Shown here: in pieces, positions 27,021 through 31,617 of the stretch
How the letters are laid out: the number at the start of each line of letters is the position of its first letter
Numbering within the stretch: position 1 is the stretch's first letter
Assembly: GCA_039630545.1 (NCBI GenBank)
Contig: JBCNUU010000013.1
Location: forward strand, 1 to 31,617
DNA from: Endomicrobiia bacterium
Lineage (GTDB): Bacteria > Elusimicrobiota > Endomicrobiia > DTEH01
Direction of reading: 5' to 3'
DNA: 31,617 bases
Notes under the pieces: generated by a model
The model's database searches: none
Told to the model about the DNA's origin: nothing
The model's input: only the letters and a program-made list of their open reading frames with translations
Made by a program: the position numbers and the translations under genes

Positions 27021-30019
27021 AAGTTTGTTTCTGTTATAAAAACTATTATTTCATCATAAATTTTTTCCATATCTTCGTAACTTATCTGATATTTGGTTTT
27101 TACATCTGTCAGATATTCCCGGATTTTTCTTTTAATATCATTTAATATAGCATTGTTTTCTTTCCAATTTGGAATCATACTATTTTTTATTTTTAAATGT
27201 ACATCTTTAGCCAACTCTATACATAAATTTTCCTCAAAACCAACAACATTTTCAAAAATAGTTTTAATCCCAAAAACAATTTCGTCATATTTCTTTTTTT
27301 CTTCTTCTTTTTCTTTAAGATATTCAACTAATTTTATTCCCTCTTCAAAAAGTTTTTTGTAATCTATAACCTTGTCTTTCCAATCTTTAATTAGTTTTTT
27401 TACTTTTTCAGCAATGGCTCTGTAGACAGGGTTGGCGCTGTGAATTCTTATAATAATTTCTAACCCGCTTATAATACCTACAGCTTTCTGATAATCAGTT
27501 AAACCTTTAGATTTACGAAGTTTTTCTAAGTAATTCACATCTATCATAAAAGGAGGGCTGAGTTCAGAAATTGGTTTAACTTCAATAAGCTCATGGATTA
27601 TTTTTAAGGTCCTTTCTAAGTACTTATTTATTTCTTCCTCACTAACATCCGGTCTTCTTAACTTAATATATGCCTCATATATAGCTAAAAACCACTTATA
27701 TTCAACTATGTGTTCAATTTTTTCTTTTACTATACCTAAAAGTTCAAAAATTTTTCTTAACTCTTTAACCTTATCAATAAAAACCTGTGCTATCTCATCA
27801 TCAGTAACGATCATCTCTAAAGCTTTATCCATAACATCTTTCTCAAACTTCCCAACCATATCTCCGAATAAATCTTTAAGTTCTTTAATTATCTCTAAAA
27901 ACTTTTTAACCAGTTCATCTTTTGCTATTATCCCTGGAAGTTTTTTTCTGGTATAGTATTTTAGTGCTTCAATCCATAACTCAAAAATACCAACATAATC
28001 CACAACTAACCCTGCTTCTTTTATATCCTTATACGGCCTGTTAGTTCTTGAAATTGTTTGAAGCAACCTGTGCCGTTTAAGAAGTTTGTCAAGATATAGA
28101 ACAGCTAATTTTGGTTCATCAAAACCTGTGATAAGCATATCTGTAACTATTAACAATTTCGGATTTTGTTTATTTTGAAAATCTTCTATTATTTTTTTGT
28201 TAATTTCATTTATATCTTTATTTGCATATTTATTTATAAGATAGTTTTTATAATCATCTATTTCTTGCTTACCCTCACTAAACCCAAAAGTCATAACAAC
28301 TTCAGTATAATCAGAAGGTAAATATCTATCTATAATTTTTTTATATTTAACACAGGCTAATCTGCTTGCAGTAACTATAAGCCCTTTAAATTTATTGTCA
28401 AAATTGTTCTTATAATGTTCAGAAATATCCTTGCAGATTTTTTCAATTCTTTGTTCATTTTCAAGAAACACCTTAATGGCATTCAATCTTTTTTTAACAG
28501 ATTCTTTTATGTAAATTTGTTCATACTCATCTTCCATATCATCCACATCAACTTGTTTTAAGAACCACTCTATATCTTCTCTTTTTAAGAGTATATCTTT
28601 TTCTCTTTTTGGAAGATAAACAATATTTAGGACATAACCATCTTTAATTGCTTCATCAATGAAATATCTATCCAGATAAAGCTCTTTGTTGTCCTCAACA
28701 GGATATCCAAACTCTAAATATGTATTTCTCTCTTTTTCAGAGATGGGAGTTCCTGTAAAACCAAAAAAGAATGCATTTTTAAGTATGTTTTTCATCTTTG
28801 CTGCCAGAAGCCCATATTGGCTTCTGTGAACTTCATCTAAAAAACAAACTATATCTTTTCTTTTGCTTACTTCTTTTTGAGATGATAAAAACTCATTAAG
28901 TAAAATTTCATCATCCACATTGAATTTATGAATCAAAGTTAAAAACACCCCTCTTTTCCCGGAATAGTTGTCAAATCTTAAAATTTCAACAAGATGAGGA
29001 ATACTTTCTACTTTTTCATATTCAAAATTTAAATCCAATTCATTTAAATTATACTCTCCAAATTGCCGTTCAAGGTCACGCCTGTCAACAACAAAAAATA
29101 TAGTTGGTTTACCTAAATCAAAATACAACTTATGAGCTGCAAAGATCATAGTTAGCGTTTTCCCTGAACCCTGCCAATGCCAGATTAAACCTTTGTTTTT
29201 TTTATCTTTACCTTCAAGATTATCAAAAACTCTTTTGTATATCTTATTTACAGCACGAACCTGCATATACCTTGCAATAACTTTTTTTGTTTCTTTTCCT
29301 TTTTGTTGTTTTATAAATAAAAAGTTTCTTATTATATCTAACAACATCTCTGGCTTTAAAAACTCAAAAATCGCTTCAATTTCATTTTTACAACCTTCCC
29401 AACGCCAGGTGTGTTGTTCAACATTATCTTCCCAGGGAACTATTGGAAAATATTTAACCTTTTCAGCAAAAACTACACCTATTTGAACATACTTATATAG
29501 TTCAGGTGCATCTTTTTCATATCTTTTAATTTGATAATAAGCAGCATGATAATCTGTTTTTAGTGTATAAGGATTTTTACACTCAATGTTTACCAAGGGA
29601 ATACCATTTACAAAAAGCAAAATATCAAGCCGTATAGATTCTTTTGCTGTAAACTTAAACTGGTTTGTAACGACAAATTCATTTTTAGAAATGTTCTTAT
29701 AATCAAACAGGTCAACTTTTCTTACTATTCTTTGTTTAGTTTTTATTTCAATGCCGTATTTTAGATATCTTAAAACCTGCTTATGACCATTCTGGTCATA
29801 AAATGCATTTTTTAGAATTTTGATAACCTCTTCAATATCTTCATCAGTAAGATCTTTTTCAGAATTTATTTCTTTTATTTTTCTTTCCAACTCATCAATA
29901 AGAAGAGGTTCTTCAAACGAGTATCTTTTTAACTCATCAGGTCTTACATATCTCCAGCCAAGCTGTTGTAGTTTTTTAATAACTGGCTCTTCTGCTAAAG
30001 TTTTTTCTAAATTTTTCAT
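27017..30019 (-). CDS. hsdR: Type I restriction endonuclease subunit R
   Basis: DILLFVNGIPLVNIECK nuclease motif; HWQGSGKT, VVDR.DL, DEVHRSQYG, FTGTP, DMLITGFD, QTISRTNR. Confidence 0.97.
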   Translation of the reverse strand: MKNLEKTLAEEPVIKKLQQLGWRYVRPDELKRYSFEEPLLIDELERKIKEINSEKDLTDEDIEEVIKILKNAFYDQNGHKQVLRYLKYGIEIKTKQRIVRKVDLFDYKNISKNEFVVTNQFKFTAKESIRLDILLFVNGIPLVNIECKNPYTLKTDYHAAYYQIKRYEKDAPELYKYVQIGVVFAEKVKYFPIVPWEDNVEQHTWRWEGCKNEIEAIFEFLKPEMLLDIIRNFLFIKQQKGKETKKVIARYMQVRAVNKIYKRVFDNLEGKDKKNKGLIWHWQGSGKTLTMIFAAHKLYFDLGKPTIFFVVDRRDLERQFGEYNLNELDLNFEYEKVESIPHLVEILRFDNYSGKRGVFLTLIHKFNVDDEILLNEFLSSQKEVSKRKDIVCFLDEVHRSQYGLLAAKMKNILKNAFFFGFTGTPISEKERNTYLEFGYPVEDNKELYLDRYFIDEAIKDGYVLNIVYLPKREKDILLKREDIEWFLKQVDVDDMEDEYEQIYIKESVKKRLNAIKVFLENEQRIEKICKDISEHYKNNFDNKFKGLIVTASRLACVKYKKIIDRYLPSDYTEVVMTFGFSEGKQEIDDYKNYLINKYANKDINEINKKIIEDFQNKQNPKLLIVTDMLITGFDEPKLAVLYLDKLLKRHRLLQTISRTNRPYKDIKEAGLVVDYVGIFELWIEALKYYTRKKLPGIIAKDELVKKFLEIIKELKDLFGDMVGKFEKDVMDKALEMIVTDDEIAQVFIDKVKELRKIFELLGIVKEKIEHIVEYKWFLAIYEAYIKLRRPDVSEEEINKYLERTLKIIHELIEVKPISELSPPFMIDVNYLEKLRKSKGLTDYQKAVGIISGLEIIIRIHSANPVYRAIAEKVKKLIKDWKDKVIDYKKLFEEGIKLVEYLKEKEEEKKKYDEIVFGIKTIFENVVGFEENLCIELAKDVHLKIKNSMIPNWKENNAILNDIKRKIREYLTDVKTKYQISYEDMEKIYDEIIVFITETNL

Positions 30020-30033
30020 AGTAATAAAACCTT

Positions 30034-31284
30034 TTATCCTAAAAATATCATAAGTGGAACTAAAAATATATTATCTTTAATTTTAAGTAGCTGTGTGCCT
30101 TTATATACTACTAAACCGAAAGGAACTTCTTTAGAAAAATCTTTAAAAAAATTTATCATACCAACAACTTCTCTGTAGTCAACTTTTTCTGACCATTTTA
30201 CTTCTACAGGTATTAGTCTACCATCAACTTCAACAACAAGGTCAACCTCAGCACCCGCAGAAGTTCTAAAGTAAAAAAGCTTCGCCTGTGGCAGATAACA
30301 AGAAACTAAACTCTTAACTTCAACAATAATTTTATTTTCAACTAAAAACGGCATTCTTCCTAACCGTTCAGCTTCTAATAAACTATTTACACCCTGTAGA
30401 TACAAAGCCACTCCTGTGTCATTCCATATTAATTTAGGGGACTTAATTAATCTTTTACCTATATTTCTAAAGTATGGTTTTAACAAAAACACCTGAAATG
30501 TAGCTAAAAGTAAATCAAAAAATTGAGTTGAAGTAGTATAAGGAAGGCCTGAATCTTTTGCTAACTCTGCTTGATTTAATATATGACAACACCTGAATGC
30601 TGCCAAAGATATAAATCTTTGAAAATCATAAAGTTTTCTTATTTTTGTTAAACTCCACACATCACGCTCTAAGTAAGTTCTTACATAACCTTTAAACCAC
30701 TCCTGCCTTGCAACATCGTCATTCTCAAACCATGCTGGAGGATACCCACCTTTCAGTATAATATCTTCTACTGAAATTTTTTTATTTTTAACTGAATTTA
30801 AAAAATCCCAGCACTCCTTTGCACTTTTGCAAGAAAAAATTTCAATGATGTTTGGCTTTCTGGTTTGCTTTGAACATATTTCAAAAATTGTAAAAGGCAT
30901 CAGTTCAACAAAAACAATTCTTCCTGCAAGTGTTTCAGAAATTTTAGGAAGTGTTGTTATATTAGCTGAACCAGTAATAAGAAACTGACCTGGTATTCTT
31001 TTTTTATCTACAATCTGCTTTATAGCAGACAAAACTGAAGGACATTTCTGGACTTCATCTATGGTTATGTATTTGTTTTGAGTTAAAAAAGAAACAGGAT
31101 TTTTCTCAGCTAACATAGCAACCGCTGGATCATCAAAACTGAAAAATGCTCTATCTTCTTTTATAATATCACGCACAAGCGTTGTTTTACCAACCTGCCT
31201 TGCTCCTAACACAGCCACTACAGGAAATTTTTTTAAATACCTTTTTACAACATCTGTTTGGATTCTATTTATTATTTTTTTCAC
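30034..31284 (-). CDS. AAA_14 ATPase with DUF4143 and C-terminal PD-(D/E)xK-like domain
   Basis: GARQVGKTT, IDEVQK, ITGSA, ETLAGR, GGYP, Y.ERD, KSPKL..DTG, YFRT..G.EVDLV...PVEVK. Confidence 0.93.
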   Translation of the reverse strand: MKKIINRIQTDVVKRYLKKFPVVAVLGARQVGKTTLVRDIIKEDRAFFSFDDPAVAMLAEKNPVSFLTQNKYITIDEVQKCPSVLSAIKQIVDKKRIPGQFLITGSANITTLPKISETLAGRIVFVELMPFTIFEICSKQTRKPNIIEIFSCKSAKECWDFLNSVKNKKISVEDIILKGGYPPAWFENDDVARQEWFKGYVRTYLERDVWSLTKIRKLYDFQRFISLAAFRCCHILNQAELAKDSGLPYTTSTQFFDLLLATFQVFLLKPYFRNIGKRLIKSPKLIWNDTGVALYLQGVNSLLEAERLGRMPFLVENKIIVEVKSLVSCYLPQAKLFYFRTSAGAEVDLVVEVDGRLIPVEVKWSEKVDYREVVGMINFFKDFSKEVPFGLVVYKGTQLLKIKDNIFLVPLMIFLG

Positions 31285-31291
31285 ACATTGT

Positions 31292-31320
31292 ATTTTAACA
31301 AAATTTTAGTGAATTTTCAA
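31292..31320 (-). promoter_or_regulatory. Internal sigma70 promoter, probably giving a leaderless mRNA for the AAA ATPase
   Basis: TTGAAA (31320-31315), 17 nt, TAAAAT (31297-31292) with an extended TGn; GTG start 7 nt later and no SD. Confidence 0.6.
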
Positions 31321-31617
31321 GGTATAACTATTTTCTCAACATCAACTTCGCCATTCATAATTTTGTTCAACATCGTCTTAAAAAGCTCTTCATATAGTTC
31401 TTTTTTCTTTTTTTCAATCTCAATTTTTTTGTCAACCGTCTGCAAAATCTCAGCAATCTCTTTTTGCTCTTGAAGCGGCGGGAGAGGTAGTAAAAATTTC
31501 ATAATTGTGTCTACTTTTAACCTTCTTCTTTTAGTTGTACCTTCCATATGCTCCTTTAAGTAGTTTCTAACCTTTTCCTGTTGCAGAAAAAAATGCAGAT
31601 ATAGGATTTCGTTTTCT
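31317..31617 (-). CDS. hsdS: Type I restriction-modification specificity subunit, 3' end (runs off the window)
   Basis: The frame is open to the window edge (ENEILYLHFFLQQEKVRNYLKEHMEGTT...) and has the conserved LPLPPLQEQKEIAEIL..VD.KIE...LFKTML.K.M.G coiled-coil region. Confidence 0.92.
   Translation of the reverse strand, partial: ENEILYLHFFLQQEKVRNYLKEHMEGTTKRRRLKVDTIMKFLLPLPPLQEQKEIAEILQTVDKKIEIEKKKKELYEELFKTMLNKIMNGEVDVEKIVIP

Overview
AT-rich bacterial chromosomal window, almost all on the - strand. It probably comes from an anaerobic diderm; the PorV-like barrels and FN3/CTD-bearing secreted proteins suggest Elusimicrobiota or an FCB-like lineage, but this is inference. From left to right it holds: partial cysK with a truncated ThiS-like ORF; nadA; ilvE; acsV (RACo) and acsC; and a five-gene envelope cluster (membrane protein, large beta-barrel, PorV-like barrel fused to a ComEA HhH domain, PLD-family nuclease + LTD + CTD, and a 1340-aa FN3/LTD/CTD protein) preceded by a structured leader. 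Next come DUF192, a ~1.5 kb ORF-poor gap, and an FMN glutamate-synthase-family gene whose leader has three ANTAR-type hairpins plus an anti-SD, directly downstream of a GAF-ANTAR regulator. These are followed by a doubly disrupted nadE, pyrG, a frameshifted outer-membrane protein, a divergent radical SAM (YhcC/YtqA family)/mnmG pair, and a type I restriction-modification locus (partial hsdS, inserted AAA-DUF4143 gene, hsdR, YgjP-like peptidase). The best candidates for novelty are the T9SS-like extracellular-DNA capture/processing cluster and the triple-hairpin ANTAR translational switch. All family calls come from motif recognition by eye, not from database searches.
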